Below, one piece after another: positions 46,857 to 55,309 of a stretch of DNA of 64,000 bases. Position numbers and translations under genes: made by a program. Each line of letters starts with the position of its first letter. Position 1 is the first letter of the stretch. Under the pieces are notes generated by a model. It made no database searches, was not told the origin of the DNA, and saw only the letters and a program-made list of their open reading frames with translations. This stretch comes from an uncultured Deinococcaceae bacterium. Its GTDB lineage: Bacteria > Deinococcota > Deinococci > Deinococcales > Deinococcaceae. Location of the stretch: NCBI GenBank assembly GCA_964252075.1, contig CAXULY010000009.1:64001-128000 (forward strand). Reading direction: 5' to 3'.

Positions 46857-47012
46857 GTGAACGCCGAGGCCCGCTGGCTGCTCGATTGGGTGCGCCGCGC
46901 GGAAGCGGCCATCGCCGAGCGCCACACCACACCGAACACCACGAAGGCCGCTGAGACCAACCCCAGGGCAGCAGCGGCCCCTGTTAAGGCCACCTCGCGC
47001 AGAAGCGCGTGA
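46857..47012 (+). CDS. Small phage hypothetical protein
   Basis: GTG start coupled to an upstream mini-ORF stop (GTGA); NAEARWLLDWVRRAE. Confidence 0.45.
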   Translation: MNAEARWLLDWVRRAEAAIAERHTTPNTTKAAETNPRAAAAPVKATSRRSA

Positions 47013-47068
47013 AAAGGCAACCGGCGCCATGTGGGGTAGCAGCCCAGGCGCCGGTCAAAGGAGTTGAG

Positions 47069-47452
47069 ATGATCGTATCACCGCAGCAAGGCAAGACGTC
47101 TTCCCAGCACAGCGAGCGCTGCGCCCTGTGCGCGCGCAAGCTGGTCCGCCCCGGCACCGTGGTGCCCGCGCTGGGCGTGGTGGGCCCGGAGTGCCAGAAG
47201 CACGTGGGTGACGCCCTCGCGTACCTCCAGGCCGCGGGCCTGGGCGCGCTGATCCTGACGGGTGAGGCGCGCATCCCCATGACGCGCAACGCGGACAGCA
47301 CGCTGAGCATTCCCCAGGCCGCGCTGGACCTCGTGGCGGCAGGCAAGCGCGTGGGCCTGAGCATCGCGGGCCGCGTGCAGCCGCGCGAGTGGGTGGCGCG
47401 CCTCGCGGACCCCCGCCAGCTGCTCGCCCTCCTCAAGCGGCGGGCCGCATGA
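47069..47452 (+). CDS. Phage Zn-binding protein (DUF6011-like)
   Basis: CALCARKL..GVVGPEC motif; SD AAGGAG. Confidence 0.65.
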   Translation: MIVSPQQGKTSSQHSERCALCARKLVRPGTVVPALGVVGPECQKHVGDALAYLQAAGLGALILTGEARIPMTRNADSTLSIPQAALDLVAAGKRVGLSIAGRVQPREWVARLADPRQLLALLKRRAA

Positions 47453-47691
47453 GCGCCGGGGACCAGCCCGCCTTCGCGCGCCCGGCGGTGCCCGTGGATG
47501 GTGACGACCTGATGCGCGACTTCTACGGCAGCCAGAGCGGCCTGACGAAGCGTGAATACTTCGCCGCCGCCGCCCTCCAGGGCCTCGCGGCGGGTCCCGC
47601 CATCACGGTCATGAAGCCGGGCAATGTTGCGCAGTACGCGGTGGACCTGGCAGACCTCACGCTGGCCGCGCTCGAGCGGAGTCAGCCGTGA
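47449..47691 (+). CDS. Conserved phage early protein
   Basis: PAF..GLTKREYFAAAALQG motif common in phage early regions. Confidence 0.7.
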   Translation: MSAGDQPAFARPAVPVDGDDLMRDFYGSQSGLTKREYFAAAALQGLAAGPAITVMKPGNVAQYAVDLADLTLAALERSQP

Positions 47692-47891
47692 GCGGGCTGT
47701 TCTCCGTGTGGCGCTGCGACCACTACAGCGGTCAGGAAGACCTCGTGGGGGACGGCATGACCAGTGAGGAAGCCGAGAAGCTGGCGGACGAACTGGAGCA
47801 GGCGGAGTACGACAACTGCCTGGACGCCGAAGAGGAGCGCGCCCTCTCCTGCCGCCTCGGGTACGACATTCGCGCGGCGGTCCAGCCGTGA
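47688..47891 (+). CDS. Small acidic phage protein
   Basis: Translationally coupled 67-aa ORF. Confidence 0.6.
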   Translation: MSGLFSVWRCDHYSGQEDLVGDGMTSEEAEKLADELEQAEYDNCLDAEEERALSCRLGYDIRAAVQP

Positions 47892-47982
47892 TCGCCGCGC
47901 TGTTGCTCGCGGTGGTGCTCGTGTTCGTGGCTGCCGCCGTCCGCATGTCCGGCCTGGGCACCCAGCGCCTGGAGGACCGCTG

Positions 47983-48210
47983 ATGCGCGCCTACACCCTC
48001 ACGCGGTTCGGCCTCACGCCGCGCGGCACCGCCCTGGTCCTGGGCTTCACCGTCGCGGGCCTCGCGCTGTTCCTCGCGGCCTGCCGCCAGCTCCAGCACC
48101 TGCACGCCCTGACGGACGTGGGGCTGCTCATCGTGTACGTCCTGGGCTTCATCAGTAGCGGCTACGGCGTGCACGTCATCCAGGAACTGACCGAAGAGAC
48201 CACCGGTTAA
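47983..48210 (+). CDS. Small two-TM phage membrane protein
   Basis: SD GGAGG; two hydrophobic segments. Confidence 0.6.
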   Translation: MRAYTLTRFGLTPRGTALVLGFTVAGLALFLAACRQLQHLHALTDVGLLIVYVLGFISSGYGVHVIQELTEETTG

Positions 48211-48269
48211 CCCCGCCCACAGCCCCGCGCCCGCATGAGGCGCGGGGCGTTCTCACCCCAGGAGAGGCC

Positions 48270-48872
48270 ATGAAAAACGAGTACCCCGTCCGCGCGCACC
48301 GCACCGAAACGAAGTACGACACGAAGGACCAGCTCATGACGCTGCTGGATCTGCAGGTGCCCTCGGACGCCCTGGAGTTCCTGCGTGAGGCGCACGTGGC
48401 GCAGGAAAGCAAGTACGTGACCTTCCGCCTGTGCGTGCGCGCGCAGCGGGACGGCGACTGGCGGTACCTGAGCTTCAACAGCAAGGGCAGCAAGATGAAG
48501 GACTTCGTGCCGGTCGTGACGCTGGAGAAGTTCGCCAGCAGCCATGACGACGTGAACAGCCTCTTCGACCCGTCCCTGGTGGAGCTGGTGCTGATGGTGG
48601 AGGTCCAGGAGCCGCGCAGCCTGTTCGGCGAGGGGGACGGCGAGGAAGGCGAGGGCCAGGACCAGGGCGAGCTGGACGCGGCGGGCGCCGAGGCGGAAGC
48701 GGACGGCCCCACCGTGGCGGGCTACACGCCGATGGGCGTCCTGAACGCCCCCGCGCGCGAGGCGCACGCCCTGCCCAGCACCGAGCAGCCGGACGTGGTG
48801 GACGCAGACTTCACCGTGCACGCCGAGCCGCCCACGCCGGGCGAAGACGATCTGCCCTTCCCCTCCGCTTGA
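48270..48872 (+). CDS. Phage protein with an acidic disordered tail and SSB-like EDDLPF motif
   Basis: SD AGGAGAGG; ends GEDDLPFPSA. Confidence 0.75.
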   Translation: MKNEYPVRAHRTETKYDTKDQLMTLLDLQVPSDALEFLREAHVAQESKYVTFRLCVRAQRDGDWRYLSFNSKGSKMKDFVPVVTLEKFASSHDDVNSLFDPSLVELVLMVEVQEPRSLFGEGDGEEGEGQDQGELDAAGAEAEADGPTVAGYTPMGVLNAPAREAHALPSTEQPDVVDADFTVHAEPPTPGEDDLPFPSA

Positions 48873-48918
48873 ACACCCGCCCGCCTTCGGGCGGGCGCTT
48901 CCCCCTTGAGAGGCTGAC

Positions 48919-49680
48919 ATGGACCTGCAACAGTTCAACTTCAACCTGACCCCCGTGCGCGTGGTCATGATCGACGGCCAGCCGTGGTTCGTGGCGGTGG
49001 ACGTGGCCCTGATCCTCGGTTACCGGAACGCGCCGGACGCCACGCGCCTGCTGGACGAAGACGAGAAGGGTACGCACATCCTGCGTACCCCCGGCGGCGC
49101 CCAGGACGCGACCGTGATCAACGAATCCGGCCTGTTTAACCTGGTGCTGCGCTCCCGCCGGGCGGAGGCGAAGGCCTTCCGCAAGTGGGTGACGGGCGAG
49201 GTGCTGCCCGCCCTGCGCCGCACCGGCACCTACACCGCCGCGCCCACCCTGGACCTCTCGGACCCGCTGGTGCTCGCGCAGCAGTTCGTGGAGGCGGAGA
49301 CCGCGCGCCGCGCGCTCGCCGCGGAGAACGCCGTGCTGGGCCCGAAGGCGGACGTCTTCGACGCGCTCATGGACAGCGACGGCCTGTACAGCATCGCCAG
49401 CGCCGCCAAGGTGCTGGGCACGGGCGAAGTGCGCCTCTTCACGCTGCTGCGGGACCGCCGCATCCTGATGGACCGCCACCGGAACGGCCCGGAGGCGCAC
49501 AACGTGCCGTACCAGCAGTACCTGGAGCGCGGGTACTTCCAGGTCAAGACCCGCCCGTTCGAGAAGCCGGACGGCAAGCATGGCACTAGCATCACCACCT
49601 TCGTGACGCCCAAGGGCCTGACGTGGCTGCAGAAGAACATGCGGGACCAGGGCCTGCTGCCCGCCCCGAGGTCCGCGTGA
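48919..49680 (+). CDS. BRO-N / ANT(KilAC) phage antirepressor
   Basis: DGQPWFVAVDVALILGY, INESGLFNL, FRKWVTGEVLPALRRTG, PYQQYLERGYF, VTPKGLTWL. Confidence 0.93.
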   Translation: MDLQQFNFNLTPVRVVMIDGQPWFVAVDVALILGYRNAPDATRLLDEDEKGTHILRTPGGAQDATVINESGLFNLVLRSRRAEAKAFRKWVTGEVLPALRRTGTYTAAPTLDLSDPLVLAQQFVEAETARRALAAENAVLGPKADVFDALMDSDGLYSIASAAKVLGTGEVRLFTLLRDRRILMDRHRNGPEAHNVPYQQYLERGYFQVKTRPFEKPDGKHGTSITTFVTPKGLTWLQKNMRDQGLLPAPRSA

Positions 49681-49994
49681 GCCTCGCGGAGATCTTGGCG
49701 GGCCTGCTCGAGCGCGCGCAGCACCTGAAGCCCGGCCAGCACGTGGATACGCGCCTGGGCAGCGGCCTGAAGGTCATTGTGGGCCGCGCGGCCAGCACCG
49801 GGCGGCGCGTGATCAGCCTCAGCCGCACCTCCAGCACCGCGCCCAGCAGGAAGGAAGCCGAGGTGGTGGCCGCGCATGCCGGGTGGACGGGTGCGGAGAT
49901 CATCGGGCCGGTCCCCTTCACCAGCGGCTTCAAGGGCTACATCATCAACGAACCCCGGCAGGCTGACACGGGCGAGCAAGGCCGGCTGCTGTGA
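49677..49994 (+). CDS. Phage hypothetical protein
   Basis: Coupled GTG start; ends EQGRLL. Confidence 0.6.
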   Translation: MSLAEILAGLLERAQHLKPGQHVDTRLGSGLKVIVGRAASTGRRVISLSRTSSTAPSRKEAEVVAAHAGWTGAEIIGPVPFTSGFKGYIINEPRQADTGEQGRLL

Positions 49995-50806
49995 AGGCGC
50001 AACCGACCCTCTTCGGGGACTTCGAGCAGAGCGCGCCCACTCCGCTGGCCCTGGCCCTCGCCGAGCGTGACGCAGGCGCCCTGTTCGTGGTGAACCACAG
50101 CGGCGGCAAGGACAGCCAGGCCATGCTGATCCGAGTCTTGGAGCTGGTGCCCGCCACGCAGGTGCTGGTCGTGCACGCCACGCTGGGTGAGGCAGAATGG
50201 CCCGGCGCGCTCGAGCACGCGCAGCAACAGGCTGAAGCGGCGGGCGTGCCGTTCGTGGTGGCGCAAGCCGTGAAGACCTTCTTTGAGATGGTCGAACACC
50301 GCTACACGGTGCGCCCTGGCCCGAACTCCCCATGCTGGCCCAGCGCCAGCAACCGCCAGTGCACCAGCGACCTCAAGCGCGGTCCCATCGAGCGCGAGGT
50401 GCGCCGGTACGCGAAGGCGCGCGGGCTCACCCGCATCGTGGGCTGCATGGGCCTGCGCGCCCAGGAAAGCCCCCGCCGTGCGAAGGCCCAACCCTGGCGC
50501 CTGAATGAAGAGCAGAGCGTGGCGGGCCGCACCTGGCACGAGTGGCTGCCGATTCACGACCTGCGCACCACTGACGTGCTCGCCACGGTGCGCGAGGCGG
50601 GCCAGGAGCTGCACCCCGCCTACGCCCTCGGCAATGAGCGCCTGAGCTGCGTGTTCTGCATCATGGCCAGCGCTGGCGACCTCCGGAACGGCGCGCTGCA
50701 CCACCCCGAGCTGTACGCGCGGTACGTCGAAATTGAGCGCCGCACCGGCTACACGATGCACATGAGCCGGAAGAGCCTGCCGGAGCTGACAGGGGTGCCT
50801 GCATGA
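49991..50806 (+). CDS. Phosphoadenosine phosphosulfate reductase-family protein
   Basis: PP-loop SGGKDS, RQCTSDLK, GLRAQESPRR, HPAY..RLSCVFC. Confidence 0.88.
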   Translation: MKAQPTLFGDFEQSAPTPLALALAERDAGALFVVNHSGGKDSQAMLIRVLELVPATQVLVVHATLGEAEWPGALEHAQQQAEAAGVPFVVAQAVKTFFEMVEHRYTVRPGPNSPCWPSASNRQCTSDLKRGPIEREVRRYAKARGLTRIVGCMGLRAQESPRRAKAQPWRLNEEQSVAGRTWHEWLPIHDLRTTDVLATVREAGQELHPAYALGNERLSCVFCIMASAGDLRNGALHHPELYARYVEIERRTGYTMHMSRKSLPELTGVPA

Positions 50807-51546
50807 AGGCCTTGACGCTGAAGCAACCCTGGCCCGCCATGTTCCTGCTGGAGGACGACCCGAAGCGCATTGAGAACCGCGACTGGCCCGCGCCGCGCGC
50901 CCTGATCGGGCAGCGCCTGGCGCTGCACGGCGGGAAGGTCCCCACGGGCCGCGCCGCGCTGGATGAGGTGCGCCAGGCGCTGGACTGGGTGAATGACGCG
51001 GTGTGGGGCGGTGACGAAGACCCCGCCGAGTGGCTGGGGGACCCGGAGCTGAAGGCACTGTGCGTGTCCGGCATTTACGGCGTGGCGAAGGTGACGGACG
51101 TGGTGCGGGTCAGTGATGACCCGTGGTTCGTGGGCGAGTACGGCTGGGTGCTCACGGACTTCGTGGCGATTGACCCGCCCGTGCCGCACCGGGGCGCGCA
51201 GGGCCTGTGGGACGTGAACCCGGAGGCGCTGGCGCTGGTGCGTGAGCGGTACCGCGCCGCCACGCGCGGGGCGGCGCCCGCTCAGCCCGCCGCGCAGGCC
51301 GCGCCCCCCGCGCAGATCCAGCCGGACGAAGACGAAGAGGTGCCGCTGATCCTCGCGCACGACCTCACGCCCGAACAGCGCGCGCAGCTGGTGGGGCAGG
51401 TCGTGACGCTCGACCAGACGCGCGGCGCGTTCTGGAGCTTCCCGCAGGTCCAGGACGCCCGCCGCAAGGCGCTGGCGGACCTGGGGTGCGCCGCCCTGTG
51501 GGCGGAACTCGCCCGCGCCCAACAGCTGTACGGGAGGACCGCATGA
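50803..51546 (+). CDS. ASCH domain protein
   Basis: MKALTLKQPW, KRIENRDW, LALHGG, RGAQGLWDV. Confidence 0.8.
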   Translation: MKALTLKQPWPAMFLLEDDPKRIENRDWPAPRALIGQRLALHGGKVPTGRAALDEVRQALDWVNDAVWGGDEDPAEWLGDPELKALCVSGIYGVAKVTDVVRVSDDPWFVGEYGWVLTDFVAIDPPVPHRGAQGLWDVNPEALALVRERYRAATRGAAPAQPAAQAAPPAQIQPDEDEEVPLILAHDLTPEQRAQLVGQVVTLDQTRGAFWSFPQVQDARRKALADLGCAALWAELARAQQLYGRTA

Positions 51547-52508
51547 GCCGCGCTCGAGGCACCTACACCACCCTGGAGAATTGGGCGCTGGACCTCGCGC
51601 CCACCCTGCCGGGCGCCGCGGGCTGGGTGCTGATCCGCCTGGCGCAGCGCGCGAACTACACCCGCACGACCATGACGGTGGGGCAGCTGATGGACGCCCT
51701 GCCGTACCAGCCGCGCGCCCTGCAGATCGCCCTGGCCCACCTGGTGGCCCACGGGCACGCCGAGGCGCACGGCAATGCGTACTGCCTGCGCGGGGCGCGC
51801 ACGTCGCTCGCGCCAGACGCGCGTACAAACGTGCGCTCTGAACAGCCCGAAAACGCGCGCCAGGACGGTGAAACGCAAGACGCCAATTCCGGAATAACCG
51901 AGCATAAGAAGAAGGAAGTAGAAGAAAAGGAAGAAACAGATAAACAGACCCCCCTACCCCCCCAGGGGGGGACGGCGCGGGACACCGCCGCGCCCGGGGT
52001 CCAGGACCCCACCTGGATGGATGAGGCGGAGCAGGCCATGACCGCCGAGGGGCTGGCGCCTGACGGCGCGCCCGCTGACGCGGGCACAGCCCCTGAGGTG
52101 GCCGATGGCCAGGACACGCCCAAAGCCCCGCAGGCAGCGAAACCGGCCAAAGGTGGGGCGAAAGTTCCGCGCCGCGCCGCCGCGCCCGCCGAGCTGCCCG
52201 CCCTGCCGGATGACCTCGCCGCGCTGCCTGGGGTGACCGAAGCGTGGGCGCTGTGGCTGCAGTACCGCACCGAGCGGAAGCTCGCGACGCCCGGCACCAC
52301 CATCACCTTCCAGTTCGCCCGCCTCCGCACGCTCATGGCGCAGGGGCACGGGCCGGTGGAGGTGATTCACGCGGCGGTCGAACACCAATGGAAGAGCTTC
52401 TTTCCGCCCCCCGCCCCGAACCTGAAGCTTCGCCCGTCCGGCAAGATCGAAGCCCGCTACGACGCGCCCGCGCCCCGCGCGCAGACCCTGGAGGAACGCT
52501 ATGGATAA
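51543..52508 (+). CDS. Phage replication initiator
   Basis: N-terminal wHTH-like region, K/E-rich linker with TPLPPQG, C-terminal WALWLQYR..WKSFF; upstream of a DnaC-like ATPase. Confidence 0.75.
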   Translation: MSRARGTYTTLENWALDLAPTLPGAAGWVLIRLAQRANYTRTTMTVGQLMDALPYQPRALQIALAHLVAHGHAEAHGNAYCLRGARTSLAPDARTNVRSEQPENARQDGETQDANSGITEHKKKEVEEKEETDKQTPLPPQGGTARDTAAPGVQDPTWMDEAEQAMTAEGLAPDGAPADAGTAPEVADGQDTPKAPQAAKPAKGGAKVPRRAAAPAELPALPDDLAALPGVTEAWALWLQYRTERKLATPGTTITFQFARLRTLMAQGHGPVEVIHAAVEHQWKSFFPPPAPNLKLRPSGKIEARYDAPAPRAQTLEERYG

Positions 52509-53280
52509 CCCCTTCACGCAGGCCCTCGCGCAGCTGCCCAACGTGGGCCCCGCGCGGCACGACCCCCACCTGCCCGGCTGCCCCGTGTGCGGCGCGCCCG
52601 CCCTGCTCGGCTACCAGTGGCTCACGTGGAGCGACCTCGAGCACGACTGCGACTGCATCCTGACGCACGACGCCGAGCACACCGCCGGGCTGCTGCGCCT
52701 GCACCGCGAACGCATGGCCCTGCCCAACTTCATGGCGAACCTCCCGCAGCGGTACAAGCACTACACCCTCGCCAACGCCCCGGAGACCCCCCACCACGTG
52801 GCCGCGCTGAAGGCCGCGCGCCAGCTGGACGGGCGCTGGCTGTACATCCACGGTCCCGCAGGCGCCGGGAAAACCCACATCGCGGTGGGCGCCGCGCGGG
52901 CCTACGCCGAGATGGGCCGCACCGCCCGGTACTGGAGCGTCAACGAACTGGTGGCCGTGCTGCGAGACGCCGCCTTCGACCGCGCGCCCCGCCCGGACCT
53001 GCTCAGCGCGGACGTCCTGGTGCTGGATGACGCCGGGAAACTCAAGTCCACACCCTTCGCTTACGAACAGCTCTACAACACCCTGGAGGGCCGCTGGGCG
53101 CGCGAGAAGACCACCATCATCACCGCGAACCACCCCGCGTTCCGCGTCAGCGCCATGCTCACCCCCGAAGGCAACGAAGACAGCGCCGCCGCCCTCGCCA
53201 GCCGCATGGGCAGCGGGTACGTCCTCCCCATCAGCCAGGACGCCCCAGACGGCCGCTTCAAGGAAGGCGGCACCCTGTGA
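52501..53280 (+). CDS. DnaC/IstB-like helicase loader ATPase
   Basis: CPVC..CDC, Walker A GPAGAGKT, Walker B LVLDD, TIITAN, ASRM. Confidence 0.9.
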   Translation: MDNPFTQALAQLPNVGPARHDPHLPGCPVCGAPALLGYQWLTWSDLEHDCDCILTHDAEHTAGLLRLHRERMALPNFMANLPQRYKHYTLANAPETPHHVAALKAARQLDGRWLYIHGPAGAGKTHIAVGAARAYAEMGRTARYWSVNELVAVLRDAAFDRAPRPDLLSADVLVLDDAGKLKSTPFAYEQLYNTLEGRWAREKTTIITANHPAFRVSAMLTPEGNEDSAAALASRMGSGYVLPISQDAPDGRFKEGGTL

Positions 53281-53714
53281 CGCACGACCCAGGCAACACC
53301 CCACCCGGCAGCGACACAGGAGCGCCCACGACACGGAATGACACGGAAGCGCTGCCCCAGGTGCTGCGGGAGATTGCGGCGCTTGGGGGCTCGCACGTGT
53401 CATGCGTAAGTGGGAAGGGATACCGGGCGATGTGGGTGTTTGACCTGAGGACTGGGGGGGTGGTCTGGACTGGTAATCCCGGCGAATCAGGTCAAGGCGA
53501 AGCGCTCGCCCGAGCTGCCCTAGAGGCGCTGTGCGAGGCGCGCGGGTGGGGCTGGGAGTCACGGCGCGCCTTGAAGTTCGCTGACCTTCCCGGCAACGTG
53601 TACGTGCTTGTGGAACTCCCTGGCGGTGCGGGTGTGTTCACGGCCTGGGCTGACGCGCCCGCCCTGGCGCTCGCACTGGCCGTGCGCGAGGCACTGAAGG
53701 CGGCGGGACAGTGA
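53277..53714 (+). CDS. Phage hypothetical protein
   Basis: Coupled ORF with atypical codon usage. Confidence 0.6.
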   Translation: MTHDPGNTPPGSDTGAPTTRNDTEALPQVLREIAALGGSHVSCVSGKGYRAMWVFDLRTGGVVWTGNPGESGQGEALARAALEALCEARGWGWESRRALKFADLPGNVYVLVELPGGAGVFTAWADAPALALALAVREALKAAGQ

Positions 53715-53899
53715 AGCCCGAAGTGAAGCGGGCCCTTGTCGCGGTGGCGGACGCCCTTGCCGTCCGTGATCGACGGCACCCAGGCGAGTGGAAGTGCCGC
53801 CTGTGCGGCGGGGAGTCCAAGCCGAACGGCGGGCCGATCATGCACGCGGATTCCTGCGCGGTCACGGTGCTGTGGGTGGCCCTTCAGGTGAAGTCGTGA
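53711..53899 (+). CDS. Small phage protein with CxxC..H...C
   Basis: Coupled 62-aa ORF. Confidence 0.55.
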   Translation: MKPEVKRALVAVADALAVRDRRHPGEWKCRLCGGESKPNGGPIMHADSCAVTVLWVALQVKS

Positions 53900-54567
53900 G
53901 GCTCCCCTTCCCGCCGTCCCAGAACCACGCATGGCGCAGCGTCCTGGTGGACGGCAGGGTGCAGGTGCACCTGAGCGAGCGGGGCCGCGCGTACCGCGCC
54001 GCCGTCGCCATGTGCCCGGAGGTGTGGGCGCACCCGAGGGCCGACGCGAGCTGGCGCCTGCGCCTGGTCATCACGCTGTGCGCGCCGGACCGCCGCAAAC
54101 GCGACCTGGACAACCACGTGAAGCAGGTGATCGACGCCCTCATGCACGCCGGGCTGATCCCCGATGACAGCCAGATTGACCAGCTGGTGGTGAACCGCGG
54201 CCCGGTCAGCCCGCGCGACGGCCACGCCCGCGTGGGTATCTCGCCCCTGCTGGACGGGCGCCCCGTGCCCTTCCCCCAAAGGAACCCCCGCATGAACACG
54301 AACCGAACCAACGGCCTCACCCTGATTGAAGTGCTGGTCGCAGCGGTGATCACCGGCATCTTCGCGGCCATCGTTCTGCCCCTCGCGTTCGGGCACCGCT
54401 TGCCGTGCTGGCAGATCAGCCAGCCGAACGGGAAGTACACGGACCAGTGGGGCAGCTGGGCGCGCCCGGAACCGCGCGGCAGCGGCGTGGCGTTCACGGA
54501 CACGCGGGGCGTGGCGCACGAGGTGTACGGCACGTTCACGATTGACCGCGGGCGGTGCCTGGAGTGA
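53896..54567 (+). CDS. rusA: RusA Holliday junction resolvase, read in frame into the prepilin-like ORF
   Basis: LPFPPSQNHAWR, PDRRKRDLDN..K...DAL, DDSQI; no stop before 54567. Confidence 0.85.
   Translation: MRLPFPPSQNHAWRSVLVDGRVQVHLSERGRAYRAAVAMCPEVWAHPRADASWRLRLVITLCAPDRRKRDLDNHVKQVIDALMHAGLIPDDSQIDQLVVNRGPVSPRDGHARVGISPLLDGRPVPFPQRNPRMNTNRTNGLTLIEVLVAAVITGIFAAIVLPLAFGHRLPCWQISQPNGKYTDQWGSWARPEPRGSGVAFTDTRGVAHEVYGTFTIDRGRCLE
54292..54567 (+). CDS. Type IV prepilin-like protein
   Basis: Own SD (AAAGGA) and ATG; MNTNRTNG|LTLIEVLVAAVITGIFAAIVLP class III signal; two Cys. Confidence 0.75.
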   Translation: MNTNRTNGLTLIEVLVAAVITGIFAAIVLPLAFGHRLPCWQISQPNGKYTDQWGSWARPEPRGSGVAFTDTRGVAHEVYGTFTIDRGRCLE

Positions 54568-54788
54568 CGACCTCCGCGCGAATCCTGGACCTGCTGGGCA
54601 AGGCAGGCCCCCTGATCAACGGGGAGGTGGCGAGCGCCCTGCAGATCGACCGGCGCACGGCGGCGGTGCTGCTGCGCAAGCTCACGCGCAAGGGCTTGGT
54701 GCGCGAGGTGCGGCCCACCTCCCGGCAGTTCCGCCAGGGGTGCCGCCACACGCACCTCAACGCCTACGCCCTCCGGAGCAAGGCATGA
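54564..54788 (+). CDS. Winged HTH DNA-binding protein
   Basis: GEVASALQIDRRTAAVLLRKLTRKGLV. Confidence 0.75.
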   Translation: MTTSARILDLLGKAGPLINGEVASALQIDRRTAAVLLRKLTRKGLVREVRPTSRQFRQGCRHTHLNAYALRSKA

Positions 54789-55309
54789 CGGAACCCACCC
54801 TGCACCACGCCCGGCAGACCAGTTCAAGCGGCTGCAACTGGCACGCCATGTACGCCCTGTTCGGCGATGATGGCCTGCTGGACTACGCCCCCTTCGCCTC
54901 CCTGAGCTACTGGGCAGCCGTCCTCGCCCACCACGGCGTCCTGATCCTCACCCACTACGAAGGGGTGATTGAGCAGCGGCCCGCGCCGCTGCACTGGTGG
55001 GCGGCGTTCCGCCAGGTGCTGTACCCAGGCCACGCACCCCTGGCCCTCACCGTGCTGACCGGGCGCATCCTGCACATGATCGCGGTCCAGTACCCGAAGG
55101 ACCCGGATCAGGTGGTGCTGGTCAGCGACAGCCTGCGCAACAGCGTGAAGCGTTTCACCCTCGAAGAGTTCCACGAACACCCGGTGTACGGCCAGGCGCT
55201 GGCCGTCTACAGCTTCCTGCCCGCTGACCCCGCCTCGCACGACCGGCACGATGTGCGGGAACGCGGCGTGCAGACCCTGGACGCCTACCTTGCGGGCGGG
55301 AGCTTGTGA
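54785..55309 (+). CDS. Putative papain-fold (C39-like) cysteine peptidase
   Basis: Q....GC near the N-terminus, HMIAV, VLVSDS. Confidence 0.55.
   Translation: MTEPTLHHARQTSSSGCNWHAMYALFGDDGLLDYAPFASLSYWAAVLAHHGVLILTHYEGVIEQRPAPLHWWAAFRQVLYPGHAPLALTVLTGRILHMIAVQYPKDPDQVVLVSDSLRNSVKRFTLEEFHEHPVYGQALAVYSFLPADPASHDRHDVRERGVQTLDAYLAGGSL

Noticed and set aside
46857..47012. Small ORF as the recombination directionality factor
   Set aside because: Position and size fit, but there is no sequence evidence
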